From Paraphysomonas bandaiensis (lineage: Eukaryota > Protista > Chrysophyceae): a stretch of DNA of 64,000 nt. The stretch is from assembly GCA_965644295.1 (NCBI GenBank), contig CBFFRP010000114.1:1-64000 (forward strand), written 5' to 3'. Below the pieces are notes generated by a model that made no database searches, had not been told where the DNA came from, and saw only the letters and a program-made list of their open reading frames with translations. Of this stretch, positions 62,759 through 64,000 are shown piece by piece. A program made the translations under genes and the position numbers. The stretch's first letter is position 1; every line of letters begins with the position of its first letter.

Positions 62759-64000
62759 ATGCATCGTATTATGCAAATCTCATCATATCACACTAGAAAA
62801 CACCTGCATCATCATATATGTAACACATACCACATATATCACACCAGATACTTATGTACAACAAATACAAATAAAAAAAAACAATCAATAACATCATCAA
62901 ATATTACAAAATTATCAATTTATGCACAATTATCAAAATTTCGTTTATCAGCATTAGTTGTCACAACATCATCAGCTGGTTATTTATGTTGTGGGGGTCC
63001 ACTAGATATATCGATACTTACAGCTACATGTATTGGTACAGCATTATGTGCTGCATCAGCTAGTACATTTAATCAAATATTTGAAAGAAAATTAGATGCT
63101 AAAATGAAACGAACTCATACAAGACCCTTACCTTCAGGGAAGATATCTGTGATGGAAGCCACATCTTGGGGAGTTTTTTCTGGTGTAGCTGGTGTTGGAG
63201 CACTGTATGCATTTACAAATCCTGTTGTAGCTGCACTTGGAGCTTCTAACATTGCTCTTTATGCTGGCCCATATACTTTTTTGAAGCAGCATAGTGAAGT
63301 GAATACGTGGGTTGGAAGTGTGGTAGGAGCCATTCCGCCCGTCATGGTAAGATAAATTTCTACACTAAGAAGACAAATTTTATGTGTACTGTATTATCAT
63401 TATATATATGAGATGATATTATTCTTTCTTCGATAGATGTATGTGCTGTAGTATTAACGCTTAGAATTATATCTTCCACAAAGTGTACATACGTACATAA
63501 AAACACGAATTTGAGAGGCGTAATAACACGCTGTTGTATGTAGGGATGGGCGGCTGCATCTGGTGGTGTAATTCTTGCTCCTGATTGCATTGCGCTGGCG
63601 ACTTTGTTGTATTTGTGGCAATTTCCACACTTTTTTGCCTTATCCTGGTAATGTGCACTTATATATTATGACTGCTGATTTGGATATGTTACTCACGTTG
63701 TGTTTCTTTCTGCTCTGTGTCGTGAAAATAAAAAATACTTGATTCTAGTGTGTCTGTACTTCTGAAACTTGTATTCATTGTAGTATATTTGGTTTATATC
63801 GTTTAATCCACTGGGATCTCTGTGTACAGGATGTATAAAGAAGATTACAGTCGAGGAAATTTTCAGATGGTATCTGTAAATGACCCAACAGGGTCTCGTA
63901 CTGCTAACCTCATAACTCGGTATTCGGCTTACCTAACTGTGCTGCCTGTGGCAACTTACCTGACGGATGTGACGTCCATAATGTTTCCCATTGAGGCAAC
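62759..64000 (+). CDS. COX10: Protoheme IX farnesyltransferase, 5' part. Exons: 62759-63346, 63544-63647, 63830->64000
   Basis: LSKFRLSALVV, NQIFERKLDAKMKRTHTRPLPSG, NTWVGSVVGAIPPVMGW, LWQFPHFFALSWMYKEDY. Confidence 0.95.

Overview
This is AT-rich eukaryotic nuclear DNA with the standard code and GT-AG introns. Gene style (PSGQ/PT-repeat REJ protein, Crinkler-like gene, Crypton-like domain) suggests a stramenopile protist; that assignment is inference. Roughly a third of the window is transposon-derived. It holds a young full-length chromodomain Ty3/Gypsy element (90-7977, nested in a Copia LTR) with several non-canonical features: an IFDN RT motif, a CCCH-like Gag finger, TG..TA ends with a 4-bp TSD, and no tRNA PBS. 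There are also several Copia relics, one bracketed by a ~490-bp duplication of flanking DNA, a TA-flanked TIR element with an adjacent inverted partial copy, and MITEs. Host genes: (1) an ankyrin gene in which every repeat is its own 99-bp phase-0 exon separated by (ATAC)n introns, the most striking structure here; (2) a repeat-rich, tail-anchored 2H-phosphoesterase; (3) a RanBP2-like zinc-finger ORF; (4) SSR3 (TRAP-gamma); (5) a ~4260-aa C-type lectin/LRR/PT-repeat/REJ multi-TM receptor; (6) a coiled-coil + trypsin Crinkler-like gene; (7) a Crypton/GCR1_C-like ORF; (8) the 5' part of COX10. Exon coordinates were derived by hand, and domain calls come from motif recognition, not database searches.
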